Shown here in pieces: positions 30,682 through 38,957 of a stretch of DNA of 64,000 nt. Positions within the stretch are counted from its first letter, which is position 1; the number at the start of each line of letters is the position of its first letter. The notes beneath the pieces were generated by a model that was not told the origin of the DNA, did not search any database, and worked only from the letters and a program-made list of their open reading frames with translations. Both the position numbers and the translations under genes were made by a program. The stretch lies in assembly GCA_009392515.1 (NCBI GenBank), contig VFGE01000026.1:2322-66321 (forward strand), in the 5' to 3' direction. This DNA comes from SAR202 cluster bacterium. GTDB taxonomy: Bacteria; Chloroflexota; Dehalococcoidia; Lucifugimonadales; UBA6952.

Positions 30682-31638
30682 ATGAGGCTTGGAGATGGAT
30701 CTTTTCAATATGAAGTTGTAGCCAATTGGGAAAAATTACCTGAAGAATATCGTTGGGATGAAGTGGGTGGTGTAGGAGTAGATTCGAAGGATAATGTTTA
30801 CGTATTTAATCGAGGCCCTCACCCTATGATCGTTTTTGATAAAGATGGAAATTTTTTAACCTCATGGGGTGAAGATTTCTTTATTCGCGCACATGGTTTA
30901 ACTGTTGGCCCTGATGACATTTTGTATTGCACTGATGACGCAGATCATACAGTTAGGAAATGTACTACTGAAGGAGAAGTATTAATGACGATAGGTGTCC
31001 CCCAAACTCCCTCTCCTTATCAAAGTGCGAAACCTTTTAATCGATGTACTCATGTCGCTTTAGATCCTGAAACTCAAGATATTTATGTCTCAGATGGATA
31101 CGGAAACTCAAGTATTCATAAATTCACTTCAAAAGGTGAACATTTGTTTTCTTGGGGTAGTGCGGGTACTGATCCAGGACAATTTAATATTCCACATAAT
31201 ATTATTACAGACAAAAACGGATTGGTTTATGTTGCTGACCGAGAAAATATGAGAGTGCAAATTTTTGATAAAAACGGAAATTTCCTTGACCAATGGAATA
31301 ATATGCATAGAGCATGCGCTTTGTGTATAGATAAGGATCAGACTATTTATTTAGGAGAAATTGGTTCTAGTGGTGCAGTTAATCGAGAATTGCCAAATAT
31401 TGGACCAAGAGTAAGTATTTATGAAACTAATGGAGATCTCATAACTCGATTAGGTACTGGTTACGGACTTGACAATGGTCAATTTATTGCTCCTCATGGA
31501 ATTTGCGTGGATTCAAAAGGGAATATTTATGTTGGAGAAGTAACAAAGACTGAAATGAGTCATCAGTTTAGAAAGGACTCTTGGGAAGGCCCTGCTCCAA
31601 CTAAGGCTCGAAGTTTTCAAAAACTAGCAAGAATATAA
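30682..31638 (+). CDS. NHL-repeat six-bladed beta-propeller protein (peptidyl-alpha-hydroxyglycine lyase-like)
   Basis: Has repeated blades of the type GTDPGQFNIPHNIITDKNGLVYVADRENMRVQIFDKNG and DNGQFIAPHGICVDSKGNIYVGE. I prefer ATG 30682 (GGAGG 8 nt upstream) over 30667. No signal peptide is seen. Confidence 0.75.
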   Translation: MRLGDGSFQYEVVANWEKLPEEYRWDEVGGVGVDSKDNVYVFNRGPHPMIVFDKDGNFLTSWGEDFFIRAHGLTVGPDDILYCTDDADHTVRKCTTEGEVLMTIGVPQTPSPYQSAKPFNRCTHVALDPETQDIYVSDGYGNSSIHKFTSKGEHLFSWGSAGTDPGQFNIPHNIITDKNGLVYVADRENMRVQIFDKNGNFLDQWNNMHRACALCIDKDQTIYLGEIGSSGAVNRELPNIGPRVSIYETNGDLITRLGTGYGLDNGQFIAPHGICVDSKGNIYVGEVTKTEMSHQFRKDSWEGPAPTKARSFQKLARI

Positions 31639-31648
31639 GGAGTTATTG

Positions 31649-32482
31649 ATGAGAGAATTTACCAGCGATTATTACCAATCAAATAGTTTGAACCTTCATT
31701 ATATAAATTATAAAACTAATGCTACAAAGCCTTTAATTATGCTTCATGGAATGAGGAGTTACGCACAGGCTTGGAATGATGTTGCTGAACAACTCGTCGA
31801 CAATTTTGACATTTATGCTTTAGATCAGAGAGGGAGAGGTGATAGTGATTGGTCTCCTGATTATAATTATGACACAGAAGCATATGTTGATGACTTAACA
31901 AATTTTGTAAAAATAAAAGGATTTAATAATCTTTGTTTGATGGGTCATTCTATGGGTGGGAGTAATAGTATCGTTTTTGCATCAAAAAACCCTGAAATGG
32001 TTGAGAGTCTTGTTATTGTAGATATAGGCCCAAGCGTCTCTACTTCCATAGGAGGAGCACGGATAAATCAAGAATTGAGCGATACTCCTAAAGAATTTGA
32101 AAGTTTAGAGGATGTAAAGATTTTTTGGAGAAAGCAAAGGCCATCAATATCTGAGCATGCATTAAATGAAAGAGTGAATTTTACTATCAAGCAATTAGAA
32201 TCAGGCAAATATGGATTTAAGTGGGATGTACAAGGTATAGCAAAAGGACGAATTCGTAATGATGGTGAATATATGTGGGATTGTGTGAAAAAAATTAAGT
32301 GTCCAACTTTATTGATCAGAGGGCATGAATCCGATATATTACAACATGATGTTGCTACACAGATGATTAAAGAAAATCACAACATTACATTAATTGAAAT
32401 ACCTGATGCAACGCATTATGTACACGATGATCAATTAGAACTTTTCAATAGAGAAGTTAGTATGTTTTATCAAAGAATCTAA
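31649..32482 (+). CDS. alpha/beta-fold hydrolase
   Basis: Has the nucleophile elbow LMGHSMGG, HG near the N-terminus (IMLHGMRS) and a C-terminal catalytic His region (DATHYVHDD). AAGGAG lies 6 nt upstream of ATG 31649. Confidence 0.85.
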   Translation: MREFTSDYYQSNSLNLHYINYKTNATKPLIMLHGMRSYAQAWNDVAEQLVDNFDIYALDQRGRGDSDWSPDYNYDTEAYVDDLTNFVKIKGFNNLCLMGHSMGGSNSIVFASKNPEMVESLVIVDIGPSVSTSIGGARINQELSDTPKEFESLEDVKIFWRKQRPSISEHALNERVNFTIKQLESGKYGFKWDVQGIAKGRIRNDGEYMWDCVKKIKCPTLLIRGHESDILQHDVATQMIKENHNITLIEIPDATHYVHDDQLELFNREVSMFYQRI

Positions 32483-32502
32483 TATAATTACAGGGGAAAA
32501 AT

Positions 32503-33192
32503 ATGACTACACCAATATCCGTTAATAATGATTTATTTGATCTAAGTCTCATTGATCTAAATCAACAAAAAGTATATTTAAATAGCTACAAAGGCAAAAA
32601 ACTCTGTATTTTTATGTGGGCGTCTTGGTGAGTATGTAGGGCACAATTGCCAGTTTGGCAAAAAACTTACAAGGAATTATTTGCAGATGATGATAACGTC
32701 GAATTTTTATCTGTAGCAATGGATGCAATTTATCATGATAAAGTTAAGCAATTTCATCAATCTGCTAAAGCAGAATTTACAACGTTAATTGATACTGATA
32801 ATAGTTTAAGTAAATTAATGGGTTTTAAAGTTGTACCTAATATATTACTGATTAATTCCGATGGTGAATTAGAGTACTGGAAATTTGGGAAAGCTGATAT
32901 AAGGAATGCATACTACAAAAATCTCATCAAAAGATGGATAAGTAGGGAAAAAATAAATATTTTACCTAAAGATAATTTTATTAATGCCAGTAATCAAAAT
33001 CATCAATTATCGTTAGGTAAATTCAATGAATATGTAAATACAGGTAATTTAAGTGTTAACGAAGTAAGGGGATTAGAGCTCGACAACATGATTGTAAGAA
33101 AACAATTGTGGGCAAAAGAAAATCCTGAAAAGTTTTACCAGGGAAATATTGATTCTGATTGGCAAAAACAAAATCTAGAAAAGGGGATTTAA
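32503..33192 (+). CDS. thioredoxin-fold redoxin (TlpA/ResA-like) with in-frame TGA at 32629-32631; candidate selenoprotein (alternatively a pseudogene)
   Basis: ATG 32503 is followed by 42 codons, a TGA, and then the same frame continues to 33192. The joined sequence ..KKLCIFMWASW-U-VCRAQLPVWQKTYKELF..EFLSVAMDA matches the redoxin active-site region, with the TGA at the position of the first Cys. A hairpin follows directly. Confidence 0.55.
32635..32671 (+). promoter_or_regulatory. SECIS-like stem-loop directly downstream of the in-frame UGA
   Basis: Lower stem: UGUAGG/CUUACA (one G-U pair). Internal loop: 6 nt by 4 nt. Upper stem: UUGCCA/UGGCAA (perfect). Apical loop: GUU. The structure starts 4 nt after the UGA. 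Confidence 0.4.
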
Positions 33193-33204
33193 AGGATGTA
33201 TTTT

Positions 33205-33241
33205 TTATAACACAACACAACTAGTATTGATTGTGTTATAA
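33205..33241 (+). terminator. 11-bp perfect inverted repeat after the redoxin gene (possible terminator or processing hairpin)
   Basis: TTATAACACAA, a 15-nt loop, then TTGTGTTATAA. No U-run follows, so terminator function is uncertain. The 3' arm overlaps the putative tRNA promoter. Confidence 0.3.
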
Positions 33242-33242
33242 T
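33234..33242 (+). promoter_or_regulatory. extended -10 element TGTTATAAT upstream of tRNA-Asp
   Basis: Perfect TGnTATAAT, ending 15 nt before the mature tRNA 5' end. The -35 region is poor (AACACA). Confidence 0.35.
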
Positions 33243-33257
33243 GTCCGAGTTTCATTT

Positions 33258-33335
33258 GGCCCGGTGGTGTAGTTGGTCTAACATACCACACTGTCAATGT
33301 GGAGATCGGGGGTTCGAATCCCCTCCGGGTCGCCA
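33258..33335 (+). tRNA. tRNA-Asp (anticodon GUC), CCA encoded
   Basis: Manual cloverleaf. Acceptor stem GGCCCGG/CCGGGTC (one G-U pair). D arm GTGT..ACAT. Anticodon stem CCACA/TGTGG with loop CTGTCAA. T arm GGGGG-TTCGAAT-CCCCT. Discriminator G followed by CCA. Confidence 0.93.
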
Positions 33336-33381
33336 TCCAAAAATATTAAATCTCCGTTTTCTTATAATTAAGGAGATATAT

Positions 33382-34587
33382 ATGACACTGCCATTGCAAG
33401 GTTTAAAGGTTATTGATATGTCCCAAGTTTACTTCGGCCCTGGTGGAGCTGTGTATCTTGCTGACCAAGGTGCCGATGTTATAAAAATAGAAACTATTCG
33501 AGGCGATGCCATGCGTCATCGGTATACTACCCCATATCTAACACAATGGAACATGAGTAAACCTTTTTTATCATTAAATAGAAATAAAAAAAGTATTTCA
33601 TTAGATATTCGGACCGATGAGGGCAAAAAAATTGTTTCCCAATTATGTGAAACAGCTGATGTGTTTATATTGAATATGCGCCCGGGTACTGAAAAACAAT
33701 TTGAATTAGACTTTGAGAGCTTGTCTAAATTAAACCCAAAATTGATCTATGTATCGATCAGTGGTTTTGGAAGTGAAGGACCTGATGCAAGCCTTCCTGG
33801 ATACGATATAGTACTTCAAGCCAAATCTGGTGTTTTGTCATTGAGAAAATTTCCTGATGGAACTCCTGTACCTTATCCTATTATGTTTTCAGACATGTCG
33901 GGGTGTATGTCTCTTTCTTATTCGGTAATGTTGGCTCTTTGGGAACGTGAAAAAACTGGGAAAGGTCAAAAGATTGAGTGTTCATTATTCAATCAAGCTT
34001 TAGCAATGCAAATGCAGCAATTGATATGGATAGAAAATGATCAAGGAAGTCTTCCTGGAAACGCGCCATCAGCCATGGCTTCATGTTACGAATGTTTTGA
34101 TGGTAAATGGATAGCTATAGTAGTAATGGAATCTAATCAATGGGCGGGATTATGCCGTGTATTAGATATTGAACATTTAATTAATGACCCTGACTATAGT
34201 AGTTATGAAAATCGTGTGAAGAATGCATCTGATTTATCAGAATTATTTACAGCTATTTTCCCAACTAAAAACAGTGAATATTGGATAGATAAATTAAATT
34301 ATGAAGGTATCCCGTGTTCTATTGTACAAGAAAGAGATGATTTGCTAGACGATGCTCAAGTTATTTCAAATAAAATGATTGCTACAGATATACATCCCAA
34401 AGTCGGTAATGTGAGCTATGTTATGCCTCCATTTAAGATGTCACAGCATGATTATATTGAATCAGCTCGTTTGCCTGCTCCTTTGTTAGGAGAACACACT
34501 AAGGAAATCTTGAAAGATTTAGGGTATCATGACGAAGAAATTCAGTCTTTTTTAGATCGTAATATTGTTAATGAAAACCTAGAGTAA
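33382..34587 (+). CDS. family III CoA-transferase (CaiB/BaiF family)
   Basis: The N-terminus LQGLKVIDMSQVYFGPGGAVYLADQGADVIKIE is typical of the family. I use ATG 33382 (AAGGAG upstream). The ORF-track extension to 33241 runs through the tRNA gene and is spurious. Confidence 0.88.
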   Translation: MTLPLQGLKVIDMSQVYFGPGGAVYLADQGADVIKIETIRGDAMRHRYTTPYLTQWNMSKPFLSLNRNKKSISLDIRTDEGKKIVSQLCETADVFILNMRPGTEKQFELDFESLSKLNPKLIYVSISGFGSEGPDASLPGYDIVLQAKSGVLSLRKFPDGTPVPYPIMFSDMSGCMSLSYSVMLALWEREKTGKGQKIECSLFNQALAMQMQQLIWIENDQGSLPGNAPSAMASCYECFDGKWIAIVVMESNQWAGLCRVLDIEHLINDPDYSSYENRVKNASDLSELFTAIFPTKNSEYWIDKLNYEGIPCSIVQERDDLLDDAQVISNKMIATDIHPKVGNVSYVMPPFKMSQHDYIESARLPAPLLGEHTKEILKDLGYHDEEIQSFLDRNIVNENLE

Positions 34588-35616
34588 CTATGGAGAAATA
34601 TTACTACCTATAAGCAGGCTTATTGCTATCATAAACCCAATTACGCATATAATTGTTAAAGCTACTTTTGGTCCAACTTTAAGAACATCTTTTATATCTA
34701 CTCCTAGACCTATGGCGACCATAGATACTACAAATAAATATTTTGATAATTGTCGAATTTGATTCCCAATATCAGCGGATATAACATCTACAGAGCGTAA
34801 AACAGAGAAAAATATAAATCCAATAACAAACCATGGGAAATAATTAAAAAGTGAAAAACTTCCAGAGTTTTCTTCTGATTCTTGTTTTGTATTTGAAGAT
34901 GCAAAGCTTTTAATTAATTGTACAACAACAACCAGAGGCCCTAATAAAATTATTCGCGTGATTTTTACAACCGTTGCAACTGTAGCAGAAGTAGCACTGA
35001 CTGTGGCAGATGCTGCATATACTTGAGCTACTGCGTATACAGCCATACCTGCAACAATACCATAGTGATACTCTGTTATACCAAAACTTGAAAATAGTAA
35101 TGGCAATAGTATAATCTGTGCTGCTCCTAACACCGCGCTTATACCAATTACTGCACTTATATCTGTTGCACTTGCACCTATTATTGGAGCCATTACTGCA
35201 ACTGCAGAATTTCCACAAATCGAATTCCCTACACCAATTAAAGTCGCAATTTTTTTATTTAATCCAAGTATCAAATGCCCAATTATATAGGCAATTATCA
35301 TGCTTCCAACTACACCAAACAAAATAAGCAAAAATAGCGGTAATCCTGCGTCTAATATATCTGGCAAAAATATACTAGCTCCTAGTATCATTACCGAAAA
35401 TTCAAGAATATGTTTACCAGCAAATTTTGCACCAGCGTTGTACCAATCAGATTTTGGCGAAACATTTTTGTATACGATTCCAATTATCAAGGCAAGTAAG
35501 AGGCTATCAATCAATAAATTCTGTACTTGTCGACTCATTACGAAAATTATGCTTCCTACTATGAAGCATAATAAAAGTCCTGGCGCTAATATTTTTATTT
35601 TTTCTTGATTAATCAT
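34588..35616 (-). CDS. YeiH/UPF0324-family membrane protein (putative sulfate-exporter family)
   Basis: 342-aa polytopic ORF. LIGVGNSICGNSAVAVMAPIIGA and GIVAGMAVYAVAQVYAA resemble my recollection of E. coli YeiH (LIGAGSSICGAAAV.., GSTVHEVAQVVAAG). Confidence 0.8.
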   Translation of the reverse strand: MINQEKIKILAPGLLLCFIVGSIIFVMSRQVQNLLIDSLLLALIIGIVYKNVSPKSDWYNAGAKFAGKHILEFSVMILGASIFLPDILDAGLPLFLLILFGVVGSMIIAYIIGHLILGLNKKIATLIGVGNSICGNSAVAVMAPIIGASATDISAVIGISAVLGAAQIILLPLLFSSFGITEYHYGIVAGMAVYAVAQVYAASATVSATSATVATVVKITRIILLGPLVVVVQLIKSFASSNTKQESEENSGSFSLFNYFPWFVIGFIFFSVLRSVDVISADIGNQIRQLSKYLFVVSMVAIGLGVDIKDVLKVGPKVALTIICVIGFMIAISLLIGSNISP

Positions 35617-35755
35617 ATTAAACCTCGGTGTATTCTATTATTAGATTTAATTTGTTTCAATATATTTATAACTTTTTCTTACAATGAATTGCTACAATTC
35701 TATTTTGTAATACAATATATTCACCTAAATGATTTTTAATTTAAATGAGGATTAA

Positions 35756-36676
35756 TTGAAAAAAATAATAGTTACAGGTGGTGCAGGATTTATTGGATCA
35801 CATATTGTTGACCGTTTAATTATTGAGGGTTATGAAGTGGCGGTACTTGATAATATCTCGTCTGGAAATCGGTTAAATATTAATGATAAAGCAAAATTGT
35901 ATGAGATTGATTTATATAATGGAGATATTGGTTCAGCTATACACGACTTTCAGCCCAATCTAGTGTTTCATTTAGCTGCACAAAGTAGTGTCTCGGTATC
36001 AGAATCAAACCCTACTGAAGATGCTACTAATAATATATTAGGTTCTTTGAATTTGTATAAGGCTTGTAAAAACACCTCAGTCGAAAAAATAATATTAAGT
36101 TCTACTGGAGGTGCTATATATGGAGATCAGAATGAATTCCCATGTTTAGAAAACTCATCTCTTAATCCAATTTCTCCTTATGGTGTTAGTAAACTAACCT
36201 CTGAAAAATACTTAGAAGTATTCGCTGGGCTATATGGATATCAATATACAATTCTTAGATATGGAAATGTATATGGACCTAGGCAAAGTCCGTCTGGAGA
36301 AGCAGGTGTTATTTCAATTTTTGCAGGACTTTTATTAAAAGGTAATTCAGTAAATATTTTTGGAGATGGATCTCAACTTAGGGATTATATTTATATATCT
36401 GATGTAGTAGAAGCTAATATATTGGCAATGAATGCTCCAAATAAATCGATTTATAATATTTCTACAAATAAAGCAACTTCTGTTATAGAAATTTTCACAC
36501 TTATAAAATCTTTAACTAAGTCTACTAATAGTCCTACTTTTATGCCTAGAAGGAAATCAGATGTCGATAAAATTGTACTAAATAATTCAAAAGCCACAAA
36601 AGAATTGAAATGGTTGCCTCAGGTAGACATTGAAGATGGTATAGCTAGGACGGTCGATTATTTAAAAAATAATTAG
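35756..36676 (+). CDS. NAD-dependent epimerase/dehydratase (UDP-glucose 4-epimerase-like)
   Basis: 306-aa ORF with IVTGGAGFIGSH and the catalytic motif YGVSKLTSE (YxxxK). TTG start with GAGGA upstream. Confidence 0.85.
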   Translation: MKKIIVTGGAGFIGSHIVDRLIIEGYEVAVLDNISSGNRLNINDKAKLYEIDLYNGDIGSAIHDFQPNLVFHLAAQSSVSVSESNPTEDATNNILGSLNLYKACKNTSVEKIILSSTGGAIYGDQNEFPCLENSSLNPISPYGVSKLTSEKYLEVFAGLYGYQYTILRYGNVYGPRQSPSGEAGVISIFAGLLLKGNSVNIFGDGSQLRDYIYISDVVEANILAMNAPNKSIYNISTNKATSVIEIFTLIKSLTKSTNSPTFMPRRKSDVDKIVLNNSKATKELKWLPQVDIEDGIARTVDYLKNN

Positions 36677-37602
36677 GATAAAGTTTCTAGAATTGTAAAA
36701 ATTGTATCAGTTAATTTCTTAGGATCATGATTTTTATTCAAATGATTATTTATTAGATCAGTATTAATGACTTTTATTTTGTCGATATATTCATATTTTT
36801 CATAATAAAGATCATTTCTTTCAGATGTATTAGATGTTTTTGTAGAGTTAGATATAACGTGTGTAATATCCACATTAGTATGTTTTTTAAATTCTGTTAC
36901 ATGATCAATTATGGTGAACCCAGAAGTTTCATTTTCATTGCTAATATTACATACAAATATAATCGGCTTTTTGATTTTGTTAACTGATTCTACCAAACCA
37001 TCAAATAAGAAATTTGCAATTATGCTTGTGTATAAGCTTCCGGGTCCAATAATTACAGCATCACATACCTCAATGGCATTTTGGGCAGATTTATTTAAAG
37101 CTATATTTTGTGGTTCAATCCAGATATCAAGAATCTTTTCAATATTTCTCCCAATTTCTGATTCTCCATCTAATAATTTTTTGGATTCAGTTCGAGCTTT
37201 TAGAATAGCTTCTGGATTATCTGCAATTGGTATTACTTGACCTTGAATGTTTAATAATAAACCTGCTTTGTAGATAGCATTACTAAAGCTATTTTCTTGC
37301 TGATATAATGCAGCTATAAGCAAATTACCAATATTATGGTCATATAATTCTGAGTCACTTTTAAATCTATAATTTAGGGTGGATTTATATTCATTATCCA
37401 GGTTAGACAATGCTAGAAGGCAATTACGAATATCTCCAGGTGGCGCCATTTTAAAATCTCTTCTAATACGACCAGAACTTCCACCATCATCAGTAACCGT
37501 CACAATTGCTGTTATATTTTTAGTTTTATGTTTTAAACCTGAAAGTAAATTTGACAGGCCTGTACCACCGCCAATAGCCACTATTTTGGTATCTCTCAGC
37601 AT
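36673..37602 (-). CDS. yvcK: YvcK-family gluconeogenesis factor (UPF0052/CofD-like)
   Basis: 309-aa ORF with IVAIGGGTGLSNLLSGLK and TAIVTVTDDGGSSGRIR. Its stop codon overlaps the epimerase stop (TTAG). Confidence 0.85.
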   Translation of the reverse strand: MLRDTKIVAIGGGTGLSNLLSGLKHKTKNITAIVTVTDDGGSSGRIRRDFKMAPPGDIRNCLLALSNLDNEYKSTLNYRFKSDSELYDHNIGNLLIAALYQQENSFSNAIYKAGLLLNIQGQVIPIADNPEAILKARTESKKLLDGESEIGRNIEKILDIWIEPQNIALNKSAQNAIEVCDAVIIGPGSLYTSIIANFLFDGLVESVNKIKKPIIFVCNISNENETSGFTIIDHVTEFKKHTNVDITHVISNSTKTSNTSERNDLYYEKYEYIDKIKVINTDLINNHLNKNHDPKKLTDTIFTILETLS

Positions 37603-37665
37603 ATATATTCCTATAATTTACATAAACGTTGCATCCCAAATTAATATAGAGGTATCATAAACCTT

Positions 37666-38346
37666 ATGACAAGTCTTAAAACAAAAGTGATAGCAATTGA
37701 TGGGCCTGCTGCGTCTGGCAAAACAAGTGTCGGAAAAATTATAGCTGAGAAATTAAAGTTTAATTTTTTAGATACAGGTATAATGTATCGAGCTATTACC
37801 TATGCTGCTTTAAATTCAAGTGTTGATTTCAATCAAAAAATGACAGTGAGTGAATTTTTAGATAATGTAGATTTACAGATAATATTTCATAATTTTACAG
37901 ATCTTAAGATAACTTTAAATAATATTGATATTTCGAAATCTTTACATTCTTTAGAAATTGATCAAAATGTCTCATATTACTCATCTTTTAAAGAAATAAG
38001 AAACTTTCTTGTTCAACAACAAAGGCAGATAGCAAATCGAGATAATATTGTTATGGTAGGGCGCGACATAGGTTCAGTGGTTGCTCCTGATAGTATAAAA
38101 ATATTTTTAACAGCTTCGGTATCTGAAAGGGCAAAACGCCGACATAAAGAATTGATTGATTCAGGAGTATCTGCTGAATTGGATGAAATTGAATCTGAAT
38201 TAGAAAGACGTGATGAACTAGACTCTCAAAGAAAAGAATCGCCATTAGTTATACCAGGAGACGCTACAATTGTAGTTAGTGACGGGATGATACTTGAAGG
38301 GGTAGTTAGTTTTATACTAAATAATATATTAGCGAGAAAATTATGA
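37666..38346 (+). CDS. cmk: cytidylate kinase
   Basis: 226-aa ORF with the P-loop IAIDGPAASGKTSV and LDTGIMYRA. Confidence 0.92.
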   Translation: MTSLKTKVIAIDGPAASGKTSVGKIIAEKLKFNFLDTGIMYRAITYAALNSSVDFNQKMTVSEFLDNVDLQIIFHNFTDLKITLNNIDISKSLHSLEIDQNVSYYSSFKEIRNFLVQQQRQIANRDNIVMVGRDIGSVVAPDSIKIFLTASVSERAKRRHKELIDSGVSAELDEIESELERRDELDSQRKESPLVIPGDATIVVSDGMILEGVVSFILNNILARKL

Positions 38347-38954
38347 TATATAATTTTTTGATTCTAGTAGGTAAAGTTTGTTATAAAATTTTTGCTAAAG
38401 TTACCGTTATTGGAAAACAAAATATACCTAAAAAAGGTTCAGTTTTAATCGTTTCTAATCATACAGCTAACTTAGATCCTGCTATATTGGCTGTTATGCT
38501 ACCGAGAACCATTAATTTTGTGGGCAAAACTGAATTATTTAAGTATAAAATCACATCATTTTTAATGAAAGCACTACATGTTATTCCAATACGAAGATTT
38601 TATTTAGATCGTAAAGGTTTAGTGCGTATTTTTGAGGCAATTGAACAAGGTAAAGCTATCGGCTTTTTCCCCGAAGGAACACGCAGTGGCTCTTCAGGTC
38701 TAAAAAAAGGCAATCAAGGAGCTGCGTATATTGCGTCTAAATCTGGGGTGTCAGTTATACCAGTAGGAATCACTGGTACAAGTAAGATTAATTCATATTT
38801 AAGATTTCCTTTCCCTTTTTCAAAAATCGTGGTAAATATTGGAGAAGAAATTCAAATAGATGAAAATTGTGACTTAGAAACTGGTACTAATATCATTATG
38901 AATAAAATTGCTGAATTATTACCAGAGTCTTTAAGAGGTGCATACAAAGGTTAA
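38343..38954 (+). CDS. plsC: 1-acyl-sn-glycerol-3-phosphate acyltransferase
   Basis: 203-aa ORF with the acyltransferase motifs NHTANLD (HX4D) and FPEGTRS. Has an ATGA overlap with cmk. Confidence 0.85.
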   Translation: MIYNFLILVGKVCYKIFAKVTVIGKQNIPKKGSVLIVSNHTANLDPAILAVMLPRTINFVGKTELFKYKITSFLMKALHVIPIRRFYLDRKGLVRIFEAIEQGKAIGFFPEGTRSGSSGLKKGNQGAAYIASKSGVSVIPVGITGTSKINSYLRFPFPFSKIVVNIGEEIQIDENCDLETGTNIIMNKIAELLPESLRGAYKG

Positions 38955-38957
38955 ATT

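Noticed and set aside
32629-32631. An alternative genetic code (TGA read as Trp or Gly) as the explanation for the in-frame TGA in the redoxin gene.
   Set aside because: TGA terminates several well-recognised genes at their expected C-termini in this same window (HAD 802-804, hisIE 1451-1453, the ORF ending at 6296-6298). The other roughly 64 genes have no internal TGA.
33241-33381. The N-terminal 47-aa extension of the CoA-transferase ORF in the ORF track (MSEFHLARWCSWSNIPHCQCGDRGFESPPGRH..).
   Set aside because: It is simply the translation of the tRNA-Asp gene (33258-33335). The real start is ATG 33382, which has its own AAGGAG.
33336-33381. A hairpin ATCTCC..GGAGAT that could sequester the SD of the CoA-transferase gene downstream of the tRNA.
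   Set aside because: The stem is only 6 bp, with a 16-nt AT-rich loop. This is too weak to claim a regulatory role without comparative data.
33258-36676. A genomic island integrated at tRNA-Asp.
   Set aside because: There is no integrase, no direct repeat of the tRNA 3' end, and no visible compositional shift. The downstream genes are ordinary metabolic genes.
38955-38957. A glmS ribozyme upstream of glmS.
   Set aside because: glmS starts 3 nt after the plsC stop, so there is no room for a roughly 170-nt ribozyme.
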